64,000 nt of DNA from Takakia lepidozioides. Taxonomy: Eukaryota; Plantae; Bryophyta. The position numbers and the translations under genes are program-made. The stretch lies in assembly GCA_030704615.1 (NCBI GenBank), contig CM060732.1, positions 12,834,001 to 12,898,000 of the forward strand, in the 5' to 3' direction. Below the pieces are notes generated by a model. That model was given only the letters and a program-made list of their open reading frames with translations. It made no database searches and was not told the origin of the DNA. Below are positions 36,778 through 47,744 of this stretch, in pieces. How positions within the stretch are numbered: the stretch's first letter is position 1; every line of letters begins with the position of its first letter.

Positions 36778-39705
36778 TCACCAGTAATCCCCACAAGAAC
36801 AAACCCCATCTTCAAAGTGGTGAAAGCGGTTAGCGTCCCGTACAACAATTGCTCGGCCAACAATCTTTGAGATGAACTTGGTGGTGGTGTGGCAGTCACC
36901 ACACATCTGAAAATTCTTGATGAGACGAAGAGGTGTCCTAGGGGCTGTGCTGATCAGCCCAAAGCCAATAGCCAGCTTTTCACTGTGGTGGCAAAGAGAA
37001 AATTCCTTTTGTTCCTCCCCCACATCATGCAATACAAACCGCATGTCAGGCACATACCCTGCCTCCTTCATCTGCCCAGACAATCTTCTCAACTCAGCAT
37101 GAATTTCCTTAATTTTGGGATGCAATTTGTCATCTACAACAAAGGTGTGCACCCTGTTGCCAACCTCGATACAGCAGCAACCTGGCTCCTTTCTAACCCC
37201 TCTGACCTTCATCACTTTTCTGACCTTTGCACTATCGTCCCACCTGCCAGCTGTCGCATAGATGTTTGATAGCAACACATAAGTCGCGACATCCTGTTCA
37301 TCCCACTCGAGAATAGATATTGCGGCACGTTCAGCCATCTCCACATTGCCATGAATTCTGCAGGCACCAAGCAAGGCCTTCCACACCACAGCATCTGGTT
37401 TGATTGGCATTTTATGAATGAGGTCCTCTGCCTCATCCAATCGCCCCGCACGTCCAAGAAGGTCAACCATGCAGCCAAAGTGCTTTACTGTAAGAGTGAC
37501 ACCATGATCTTGATGTAGGGAATCAAAGTAGCGTCTTCCTTCATACAGTAGGCCAACGTGGCTGCATGCAGAGAGAACACATAAAAATGTGATACTGTCC
37601 GGCTTCAAGCCTTCCTTTTGCATTCCTTCAAATAGTTGCAGGGCCTCCCTATGACAACCATGCTGGGCATATCCTGCGATCATCGCATTCCATGACACCA
37701 CATTTCGTGCAGCCATATTGTTGAACACACCCTTTGCATCCTTGATGCACCCACATTTGGCATACATGTCCACCAGGGCAGTGTTCAGGATGACATCTGG
37801 TACGATTCCAGCTTTGACGATGTCACCATGGACCTCTTTGCCCTTTTCCAGGGCTGCCAGGCTCGCACACGCATTGCAGACACAAACAAATGTGATGTGG
37901 TTGGGCTTCACTCCTACCTGTATCATTTGCTCATAGATCTCCAAAGCCTCCATCCCACACCCATGCTGCGCATATCCTGCAATCATAGCACTCCAGGACA
38001 CCACATCTCGTTCGGCCATATGGTCGAACACTCCCTTTGCATCCTCGATGCTCCCACATTTGGCATACATGTCCACCAGGGTATTGTTCAAAATGACATC
38101 TGGTACAGTTCCGGCTTTAGCGATGTCAGCATGGACCTCTTTGCCCTTTTCCAGGGCTGCCAAGCTCGCACACGCATTGCATACGCAAATAAACGTGACC
38201 CGGTCTGGCTTCACCCCTTTCCCAATCATTTGCTCATAGGTCTCCAAAGCCTCCATCCCGCACCCATGCTGTGCATATCCTGCGATCATCGCATTCCACG
38301 ACACCACATCTTGTTCGGCCATATTGACGAACACGCCCTTTGCATCCTCGATGCTGCCACATTTGGCATACATGTCCACCAGGGCAGTGTTCAGATTGAC
38401 ATCTGGTACAATTCCAGCTTTGACGATGTCACCATGCACCTCTTTGCCATTTTCCAGGGCTGCCAGGCTCGCACATGCATTGCAAACGCAAACAAACGTG
38501 ATGCGGTTGGGCTTCACGCCTGCCTGTATCATTTGCTCATAGGTCTCCAAAGCCCCCATCCCACAACCACACTGCACGTATCCTGCAATCATAGCACTCC
38601 AGGACACCACATCTCGCTCGGCCATACGGTCAAACACTCCCTTTGCATCCTTGATGCTCCCACATTTGGCATACATGTCCACCAAGGCAGTGTTCAGATT
38701 GACATCTGGTACAATTCCATCTTTGACGATGTCACCATGCACCTCTTTGCCCTTTTCCAGGGCTGCCAGGCTCGCACATGCATTGCAAACACAAACAAAC
38801 GTGACGTGGTTGGGCTTCACGCCTTCCTGCATCATTTGCTCATAGGTCTCCAAAGCCTCTCTCCCACACCCATGCTGCGCATATCCTGCAATCATAGCAC
38901 TCCAGGACACCACATCTCGTTCGGCCATATGGTCAAACACTCCCTTTGCATCCTCGATGCTCCCACATTTGGCATACATGTTCACCAGGGTATTGTTCAG
39001 AATGACATCTGGTACAATTCCAGCTTTGACAATGTCGCCATGGACCTCTCTGCCCTTTTCCAGGGCTGCCAGGCTCGCACACGCATTGCAAACACAAACA
39101 AATGTGATGTGGTTGGGCTTCACCCCCTCCCGCAGCATTTCCTCGTATGTATCCAAAGCATTCCTACTGCACCCATGCTTGGTAAATCCTGCCATCATTA
39201 TATTCCACGTGATCAAACATCGTTGAGGCATGCTGTTGAACACTTGGCAAGCATTCATTATGCTCCCACACTTAACATACATGTTGACCAGGGTGTTGTA
39301 TAGAAAAATCTTTGGCTTAAATCCACTTTGGATGATGTGAGCATGCACCTGCTTTCCAGCTTCCAGGGCTTTCATCTTGATGCACTTATGCAAGAGACAG
39401 ACATAGGTATCTGAATCTGCTGAGATGCTTCCTTGGTTTAAAGTCTGTAGAGCCTCTTTCAGTCGCCCTGCCTCACATAGCATCCTCACATGCCCAGAAG
39501 AAGCATTGTAGACTTCCTCTCTTGGTCCTCTTTCGGAAGCTCTGGTCATGGTCAACATGCCAGATTCTATCAACTGAGCCATCGCCGCTGCTGCTTCCAG
39601 TTTGCCTTCTACCCATGTAGGAATCTTGTAGCTATCGATCCACAGAGAATCATAGATAATATTGTGCTTGAAATCTGGCCCACTTGGATGAATCTGGACC
39701 CACAC
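36778..39705 (-). CDS. PLS-class PPR protein with E1/E2 and DYW deaminase domain (organellar C-to-U editing factor); true start possibly an internal ATG near 39580
   Basis: Intact 975-codon ORF with six L-S-P triplet repeats, PG box (KEPGCCCIE), HHSEKLA, CGDCH and terminal DYW. Confidence 0.95.
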   Translation of the reverse strand: MWVQIHPSGPDFKHNIIYDSLWIDSYKIPTWVEGKLEAAAAMAQLIESGMLTMTRASERGPREEVYNASSGHVRMLCEAGRLKEALQTLNQGSISADSDTYVCLLHKCIKMKALEAGKQVHAHIIQSGFKPKIFLYNTLVNMYVKCGSIMNACQVFNSMPQRCLITWNIMMAGFTKHGCSRNALDTYEEMLREGVKPNHITFVCVCNACASLAALEKGREVHGDIVKAGIVPDVILNNTLVNMYAKCGSIEDAKGVFDHMAERDVVSWSAMIAGYAQHGCGREALETYEQMMQEGVKPNHVTFVCVCNACASLAALEKGKEVHGDIVKDGIVPDVNLNTALVDMYAKCGSIKDAKGVFDRMAERDVVSWSAMIAGYVQCGCGMGALETYEQMIQAGVKPNRITFVCVCNACASLAALENGKEVHGDIVKAGIVPDVNLNTALVDMYAKCGSIEDAKGVFVNMAEQDVVSWNAMIAGYAQHGCGMEALETYEQMIGKGVKPDRVTFICVCNACASLAALEKGKEVHADIAKAGTVPDVILNNTLVDMYAKCGSIEDAKGVFDHMAERDVVSWSAMIAGYAQHGCGMEALEIYEQMIQVGVKPNHITFVCVCNACASLAALEKGKEVHGDIVKAGIVPDVILNTALVDMYAKCGCIKDAKGVFNNMAARNVVSWNAMIAGYAQHGCHREALQLFEGMQKEGLKPDSITFLCVLSACSHVGLLYEGRRYFDSLHQDHGVTLTVKHFGCMVDLLGRAGRLDEAEDLIHKMPIKPDAVVWKALLGACRIHGNVEMAERAAISILEWDEQDVATYVLLSNIYATAGRWDDSAKVRKVMKVRGVRKEPGCCCIEVGNRVHTFVVDDKLHPKIKEIHAELRRLSGQMKEAGYVPDMRFVLHDVGEEQKEFSLCHHSEKLAIGFGLISTAPRTPLRLIKNFQMCGDCHTTTKFISKIVGRAIVVRDANRFHHFEDGVCSCGDYW

Positions 39706-40689
39706 TCTATCCCTGGTCCTTCAGCTATCCCTGCCTCTGCACAAATCATGTATAGATCCTTGCCTTGCTGCTAGCAGCTGACAATGACAGCATAGATTTG
39801 TTCTTGCAAACACCCCAACCCTACCAATCACAAACTAGTTCCTATGCTGAATTGCTCCCAAAACTTTCAAAATGTGCTTGGGAGAGAGATGATGACAATT
39901 TCCGGCAAAGCTTTGTGTAGCATCTCGTTGTCCGCTTCTCTCTGTAATCTAGCAGGCATTCACCTTTTTGCCTCGATTGTCCCACCATTGACTGGGGTCT
40001 GAAAAATATTCCTTCCAAAGCTGCTCCTCATGTCTTTTATCTGCTTTTGGATACTTTCCTGTTGCCACATTGATAGTAACAGGTCAAAATCAATCCCAAG
40101 CCACCACGGATCCACCCAACGAACTAACTGAACTCAACATGAAAATTTACGGACGACTGTGATAAGAGGGCAAAACAGGCTGAAATGTGTTGAAGAAGGT
40201 GCCCTCACCACATTGTCCTTGACCTTGTGTCATGAAAGCAGCTAGCTTTTCTTTCACCCACGGAGGACTCAACCGACCATCAACCCAAAAGGACCTCTCG
40301 TGCGTGCTGCTTGTGTCTGTAGTCAGGTGATCTCGGATTGGTCTGTGAGAACCACCACGGTGCAGCTGAGCAGCCATAGATTCAAACACAGCCTTCTAAG
40401 ACCAAGCTGACCCTCCCAAGTACCTTGTAAGTACCTTGTAAACACCAGGAAAAATATGCAAACTTCTTCACATTGTACATTAAGAAAGCCACACCTTGCA
40501 GTTGTCCCATCATTGTGAAGGATCTTTAGAAAACTCATGCCAGCACTGCTCCATGCTCCTCGGTAGACCTTCGTGCCCACAAATCCGACAGCATCAACAT
40601 TTTGACAAATTCCTTCATGGAGGGGTGCTGGTGAGCTGTCAACAGCATTCATGCAAGTCACGTTGGGCTCCATTGGACTCTACACAATG

Positions 40690-41555
40690 AGGAGCTCCTG
40701 TACACCTGGACTAATAATAGAGCCCAACGTTGCTAAATTGGTCCTCCAGAGTTCCTCTAGGCCCTATCCTACCTGAGTTCGATCACTCCGAAATTCAGAT
40801 CACATTCCAAACACCTGACTCTAGGGTTAGAGGAAGAGGTTATCTCAAGCTTAATGCAGACCTTCTGAAGGATCCGGAAATTCCTAAAGCTCTGGCGCTG
40901 GCTTGGAAGGGGGCTGGAAATCATTTCATTTCCCCCACTCTGAAGTTATGGCCAAACTACAGGTTGTTCGTAAACTTTGTCATGATCTCTCCAGACAAAG
41001 AGCTGAAGCTGTCTCCAAGAGGGAAAAAGCTCTTCTTAAATGCATGGAAGTCTGCCAATTCCAATTGCAAAATGGGCGTGAAGGCCCACAAACCCTTCTC
41101 TCTTATAAAACTGCCAAAAGGAATCTGGCTCATCTCCGTCACTCTAAGGAAGCACGTTATGGAATAAAAGCAATGAACTGGTCCTTGGGGGGTGGAAAAA
41201 TGACTAAGTATTCTTTCATCAAAGGCGTCTAGCTACCGTGGTGCCAGCCCTTAGAGACTGCAACAATACCCCTATCTCCTCCCCCTCTGTCATGGCCAAT
41301 CTGGCGGCTGATTATTTCAAAAAAATCTATAGTCTTGGTCATCCTTCCCCTCATAAAACATGCTAACTTACCCCACAACATTTCTTGTTGACCCTATAAG
41401 TGACAAAGAATCCCTGGCGGAGCTTGCAGAGCTCGAGCTCCCCTCAAGACCCGGGATTAGATGGAATACCAGTGGAGTTCTTTAAAGTTATTTGGCTTGA
41501 AGTGGACGAAGATTTTCTGAATATGGCAAATGACATCCTTGCTAGGGGATGAAAC
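40690..41555 (+). mobile_element. Degenerate L1/Tx1-like LINE fragment (end of APE to start of RT)
   Basis: FDHS..., GYLKLNADLL, TKYSF and PGLDGIPVEFFKVIW, with frameshifts. Confidence 0.6.
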
Positions 41556-43091
41556 CATTGAACACTTCCTTGTTTTTTGTCCCAGAGCCAGCAAGGATTT
41601 GGGATAAGATATTCAGGTTTTATGAATACTGGCATAAATTTGCATGCCATTGCAGCTGTGGGCGATCCTGTTTTCTGTGGAATGCCACCAGGTGTCTACT
41701 CAGAATGAGAAGTGTGACAGCTTAACCGACCTACGAGCATGAAGGGAGCATTTAGAGTGCTATGTACCACAGAAATGTTACGCATTGCGCTGTTCACTCC
41801 GAAACGATTCAGGGCCTTCAACTGCCACTGGGTATGGCAGAAAGACATATACTCATGTGACCGTTTCATGCGAATTTGCTATGACCCTGCCTTGAGGCCA
41901 TAGTCTGTGTGAAATACTAATCCTACCGGCGCGAGTTGAGGACTTTCTACCCCCAGAGTATGGAAACTTAGTTCTCCGATGCCTTATCGCTTGTCCACAG
42001 TCAACGGCAGTACAGTCAATGAAGGAATTGAAGGTCAAATTCACACCTTTAGATATCATGCTGGAAAGCGCTATCTGCATTCAGCACTACCCCTCTAGCC
42101 CCAACCTCTGCTTGTGGCTTTGATTGCATTGCTAGTCATCCAGCGCTTGAGAAAGGGCAGAGAAAGAAAGAAATAGACGAATTTGCTACGATCTGGTCGA
42201 GATGTATGGAGTGTTGTTGTTTACCCCAACCCCTCATAACATCCACGGAATGCATGAAATGTGAGACAGTTCATGAAATCCACAGTATCATCCTCAAAAT
42301 CTATGCTCTTGTGATGTTTCCATGCAGGCCAAGCAATAGGCATAGATTGTCTTTGGCCGGAGTTCTTCTCGTATCCTTCAGGGTGGTGGGACAACACGCC
42401 TGATAAGGTGAGGCTATCTGCATGGTTGTTCAATCATTTGTAGTCCCAAGAGTGAATGGATGATGATCTTCTTTTGTGAAGCTGGTATGAGGGTGGACCA
42501 TGGTTGTTAATATCTGTCTGTCAGACCTCCCATAGTGTCCCTGAATGTGGCATCAGTTGATTCTTTTTGGCATTGAAGTTTGCTTGTTCGAGTTGTGTAG
42601 CCTGGTGAATGAAGGAATGCTGGTGGAGCTATGGTGGCTGTAGCCAGGTCTTCATGAGGCTGTGGTTAAAGCTTTGGTGGCAGACTAATTGGTTTCACAG
42701 AGAAGTCCAAGATAACCAGACTTCAGACATAAGCAGACAAAGGAGGTCCGTTGGATTGAGAGTTGGTCGAACCCTCCTTGGGTGACTGCAGTGCTAGCTG
42801 CGATGACACACTGTGCAACACAATCTGGTCATGGTTCTAACGTCGATGTATACCATGGAGCTTCAGGCCAGGAATACAACGGGTATTATTTTGACGATGG
42901 TTCAGGGGCTCAAAATCAACAGAAAGAATTGGTACAGTTTATTCTTCAAGTACACAACTCAGCAGTTTTGTAACCTGTTTCCAAGAGGCCTGCCCTCGCG
43001 GAGAGATCTTCCTTTGAATTATCTGGCAGCTTTGAGATGAAATATTTGCCTGTGAGTGTAAAGGTTGTAACCTTGTTTTGGGTTATGCAGG

Positions 43092-45638
43092 ATGCCAGGG
43101 TTGAATCAGGCACCTTTGTTTGCTGGACACCAGACTTGTGGCAGGGCTAGTGCCTCCACCATGACCACTGCTTCGGTAAAAGGGTTAAGAGAGGGAGTCA
43201 ACAAGAAATCTTCCAGCACTTATGAGGATGTGAGGATGCTATGTAAGGCAGGAAGACTGAAAGAGGTGCTGCACATTTTGAACCAACAAGGCATTCGGGT
43301 AGATTCCAATACTTATGTTTGTCTCTTGCAGGAATGCATCATTAAGAAAGACCTAGCAGAGGGAAAGCAGGTGCATGCCCACATTATCCAAAGTGGATTT
43401 AAGCCACACATCTCCCTGCTCAACACCATCATCAACATGTATGCCAAGTGTGGAAGCGTGGAGGCTGCGCGCCAACAGTTTGACAAAATGCCTAAACGAA
43501 CTTTGTTTACATGGACCATAATGATAGCAGGATATGCCAAGGTTGGATGTGGTTTGGAGGCTTTCAAGATCTACGAGCAAATGCAAAGGGAGGGGGTGAC
43601 TCCCAGCAGGGTCACTTTCATCTGTATTCTTAATGCATGTGGCAGCCTAGCAGCTCTGGAAAAGGGCAAAAATGTGCATGCAGACATCATCAAATCTGGC
43701 ATTATTTCAGACATAAACTTGGAAACTGCCCTTGCTGACATGTATGCCAAATCAGGGAGTATGAAGGATGCGCATCAAGTGTTTAATAAAATGGGTCAAC
43801 GGGATGTGGTCTCATGGAACACCATGATTGCAGGATATGCCCAGAATGGGTGTGGTATGCAGGCTTTGGAGATCTATGAGAAGATGCAATGGGAAGGGGT
43901 GACACCCAACAGGGCCACGTTCCTCTGTGTTCTGAACGCCTGTGCAAGCCTAGGAGCCTTGGAAAAGGGCAAAGAGGTCCATGCTGACATTCTCAAAGCT
44001 GGAATTGCGTCATATATTAACTTGGAAACTGCCCTTGCTGACATGTACGCCAAATGCAGGAGCATGAAGGACGCACAACAAGTATTTGAGAGTATGGCTG
44101 TACGAGATGTCGTCTCATGGAATGCCATGATCGCTGGATACGCTCAGGATGGGTGTAGTAGGGAGGCATTTGAGGTTTATAAGGAAATGCAACAGGAAGG
44201 GGTGACACGCAACAGGGTCACCTTCATCTGCATTCTCAAGGCTTGTGCCAGCCTAGGAGCCCTGGAAATGGGCAAAGAAGTCCACAGTGACATCATCAAA
44301 GCTGAGATTGTGTCAGATATAACTTTGGAGAATACACTTGTCGACATGTATGCCAAATGTGGGAGCATGAAGGATGCGCATCAAGTGTTTGACAAGATGA
44401 CTAAACGAGACGTGGTCTCATGGAGTGCCATGATCGCAGGATACGTACAGGATGGGTGTAGTAGGGAGGCTTTCAAGATCTATGAGCAGATGGAACTGGA
44501 AGGGGTGATTCCCAACCATGTCACATTTATTTGCATTCTCAATGCGTGTGCCAGCCTTGGAGCCTTGGGAAAGGGTAAAGAGGTCCATGCTGACATCCTG
44601 AAAGCTGAAATTACGTCATATGTAAATCTGGAGACTGCACTTGTAGACATGTATGCCAAATGTGGGAGCTTAGAGGATGCGCGTGAAGTGTTTGACAGTA
44701 TGGCTAAACAAGATATGGTCTCATGGAATGCGATGATCGCAGGATATGCTCAGCACGGGTGTGGTAGGGAGGCCTTGCTCCTATTGGAACAAATGCAACA
44801 GGAAGGCTTGAAGCCTAATAGTAGTACCTTCATATCTGTCTTTTCAGCATGCAGCCATGGGGGCCTAGTGGATGAAGGCCATCAGTGCTTTGATTCCTTG
44901 AGACGGGATCATGGTCTCGCTGCTACAGTGGAGCATTTTAGCTGCATGGTGGACCTTCTTGGCCGTGCAGGCCGATTGTATGAAGCAGAGGACTTGATTA
45001 ACAACATGCCAATCGTGCCAGATGTTGGGGTATGGACGGCCTTGCTTGGTGCCTGCAGAGTTTATGGAGATGTGGAGATAGCAGAACGTGCAGCAAAGAG
45101 CATTCTCAAGATTGATCCGGAGCACTCTGCGGCTTATGTGCTGCTATCAAACATTTATGGTGCGGCTGGCAGGTGGGACGATAAAGCAAGGGTGAGAAAA
45201 ATGATGGAGGACAAGGGTATCAGAAAGGAGCCAGGGTGCAGCTGCATTGAGGTTGACAACAGGGTGCATACTTTTGTTGTAGGAGACAAATTGCATCCAC
45301 AAATTCAGGAAATTCATGCTGAGCTGCAGAGATTGTCTGGGCTGATGAAGGGGGTGGGATATGTTCCTGACACGCGCTTTGTGTTACATGACGTGGAGGA
45401 GGAGCAAAGAAAACTTACTCTTTGCCACCACAGCGAGAAGTTGGCTATTGCTTTTGGGCTAATTAGTACCCCCCCTGGGATGCCCATTCACATCATCAAG
45501 AATCTTCGCGTGTGTGGGGACTGCCACACAGCCACCAAGTTCATCTCGAAGATTGTTGGGCGAGCAGTTGTTGTACGGGATGCCAACCGCTTTCACCACT
45601 TCCAAGATGGGGTTTGTTCTTGTGGGGATTACTGGTGA
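43092..45638 (+). CDS. PLS-class PPR-DYW RNA editing factor
   Basis: Intact 848-aa ORF with PLS repeats, KEPGCSCIE, HHSEKLAIAFG, NLRVCGDCH and DYW stop. Confidence 0.96.
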   Translation: MPGLNQAPLFAGHQTCGRASASTMTTASVKGLREGVNKKSSSTYEDVRMLCKAGRLKEVLHILNQQGIRVDSNTYVCLLQECIIKKDLAEGKQVHAHIIQSGFKPHISLLNTIINMYAKCGSVEAARQQFDKMPKRTLFTWTIMIAGYAKVGCGLEAFKIYEQMQREGVTPSRVTFICILNACGSLAALEKGKNVHADIIKSGIISDINLETALADMYAKSGSMKDAHQVFNKMGQRDVVSWNTMIAGYAQNGCGMQALEIYEKMQWEGVTPNRATFLCVLNACASLGALEKGKEVHADILKAGIASYINLETALADMYAKCRSMKDAQQVFESMAVRDVVSWNAMIAGYAQDGCSREAFEVYKEMQQEGVTRNRVTFICILKACASLGALEMGKEVHSDIIKAEIVSDITLENTLVDMYAKCGSMKDAHQVFDKMTKRDVVSWSAMIAGYVQDGCSREAFKIYEQMELEGVIPNHVTFICILNACASLGALGKGKEVHADILKAEITSYVNLETALVDMYAKCGSLEDAREVFDSMAKQDMVSWNAMIAGYAQHGCGREALLLLEQMQQEGLKPNSSTFISVFSACSHGGLVDEGHQCFDSLRRDHGLAATVEHFSCMVDLLGRAGRLYEAEDLINNMPIVPDVGVWTALLGACRVYGDVEIAERAAKSILKIDPEHSAAYVLLSNIYGAAGRWDDKARVRKMMEDKGIRKEPGCSCIEVDNRVHTFVVGDKLHPQIQEIHAELQRLSGLMKGVGYVPDTRFVLHDVEEEQRKLTLCHHSEKLAIAFGLISTPPGMPIHIIKNLRVCGDCHTATKFISKIVGRAVVVRDANRFHHFQDGVCSCGDYW

Positions 45639-46371
45639 AACTCTGTAGAATGCGTTAAGAAAGTGTGATATTACTGGCCAAACTGCCAAGACTGGGTTTT
45701 TGTTCTTGTGGGATTTTATCCATTAAAGGAAAGTGTGCTGCTCCTTCAAAGATTGCTGGGCAACCAACCACTTCACTTTCACCACTTGAATAAAGCATGA
45801 GGCTGTAGTGCGCACCACATTTTTGTTTCACACAAGTGAACCATCAAACTCACAACTTTCGCTTCCTAAACAACTGGTGATCCTGTAGTCAGTCTTGCCA
45901 CACCTTGTCCTCATTTGGCCAAAAGCCTTCTGCCGATTTTGTTGTGCAGCTTGGTTGGCCGTTGTAATATTTTCCATGCAGCTGCTCCTGCGCTCTGCTG
46001 TGTGTGCAGGGAGATGCCATACTCACTGGGTCTCTCTTGTAGAAAAGTTTCGAGGTGTGTATGCTACTTCTTCGACCATCTTTTAAGAGAAGTCTTTGGA
46101 GGTCCTGAACAGAGCCTCCTAATCCTCTGTCTAGGCAATTCTTTACCTAGTTTTCAAGGCCTGACAAAGTGTTGATGCAGCAATGCATTCCTCAAGGGGC
46201 AGAGATCTGGGGAAGGGAAACGGCAGCTTTTTGAAAGTCGAGTCAATCGCCAGGCCTCATAATGCAAGACTTCAGTGAGAGATTGGGGTTTCACGGAATA
46301 GACAGTGTAATCTCCCACTGATCTCATAGTACAGAGGGCAGTAAAAGAAGAAGTATTTTTTGGTGAAAATA

Positions 46372-46465
46372 ACATACTTGAATGTTTTGTCCCAGCTCCC
46401 GGTCACCAGTAGGTTCATTTCAGGAATCCAGGATATATCCTTGATGGGGGCCACGTTGTGTTCCA
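46372..46465 (-). pseudogene. Isolated exon fragment of an RAE1-like WD40 gene
   Basis: HNVAPIKDISWIPEMNLLVTGSWDKTFK followed by a GTATG donor-like site. No other exons nearby. Confidence 0.6.
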
Positions 46466-47294
46466 GACAAACAAGGATTTTTTGGTACGTCCTCATGAGT
46501 AGGAAGGAGCAGCTGATGCGTTGGGGCATCTGTTACAATCCCACCCTGATATCAAGGGACTGAAAGTTCCTAGATCTATTCCTCAAGAAACAAATCAACA
46601 TGAAAAGAAAAAAAAACTCGCTGACTGATCATGAGAGATAGGAGTCCACCTGGAGGAGCCGCACTTTTGTCTATGTTCCTTCAATTTGTATCAATTTCCC
46701 TTATCAGCATTCGCTTTTCAGTCAAAAGCAAGAAGGTTGCAAGGGGATGTGACATGATGAAGCAACAAGGTAGTTAGCCTTTGCACTGAAACTTAAATTC
46801 GCTCGGGGGTGACACAACCTATGTATATGCCATATATTATTTCAGGTTGCACCTTCTGGACCCAAACTTCAAGAGCTGTGATCTTCAAGTGTGAGTTTTT
46901 TTCAGGTTGTGTCACCCCGAGCGACAGCATATCGAGTTTAAGTTTCAGTACAGAGGCGTATGTAAATATAGCATTCTGTTTGCTATATATTGCAAAATTT
47001 ACCTATCAGAAGAATACCTATTTCGCTCTGGCGAGCATGCTCATTGCTACCCAACCTCTCGCCCAACAAGGCTAGAGAACTGCCCCAGCTATGTGCCTCC
47101 GGTTTCTCCAGCAAAGCTTCTTTTTACATCTATTTTTTACCAACAAAACTCTCCATTTTTAAAAACAAATAAAAAATAAAACTCTCCATAAACTCGAACA
47201 TAGTACATGATATCATACTTTTAGTGATCCTCAACTTTGGATAGCAAAATGTTGTCGTTTAAAATATCATAATTCTAGCGACGACCGAGGTCGG

Positions 47295-47660
47295 AAGCTA
47301 GAGCAGGAATAGGGTGCCTCGTCATCATAGCCACGTCATCATCAACACGTCATCGTAGACACGTCATTCCGACTAGTTTAGCGTAGAGCAGGAATAGGGT
47401 GCCTTAGTGCCTTGTCATCGTCGCCACATCATCATCAACACGTTTCATAGACACATCATCATAGACACGTCATTCCGACTAGTTTTTAGCATAGAGCAGG
47501 AATAGGGTGCCTTAGTGCTTCGTCATCGTCGCCACATCATCATCAACACGTCATTCCGACTAGTTCAGCGTAGAGCAGGAATAGGGTGCCTTAGTGCCTC
47601 GTCATTGTCACCACGTCATCATCAAAACGTTTCGTAGACACGTCTTCGTCGTCGTCAATT
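47295..47660. repeat. Tandem repeat of four ~85-110 bp units (TAGAGCAGGAATAGGGTGCC...ACGTCATC)
   Basis: Units start at ~47299, 47383, 47492 and 47571. Confidence 0.85.
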
Positions 47661-47744
47661 CTGCCCGAAATGCCCGAAAATGTCTTTGTAGCGAGGAAGG
47701 GATGACGTGGGGATGACACGGCGAAGGGATGGCGCGGAGGGGTT

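Noticed and set aside
37828-39303. 491-aa plus-strand ORF
   Set aside because: Antisense shadow of the repetitive PPR gene. The same applies to the plus-strand ORFs at 48715-50159.
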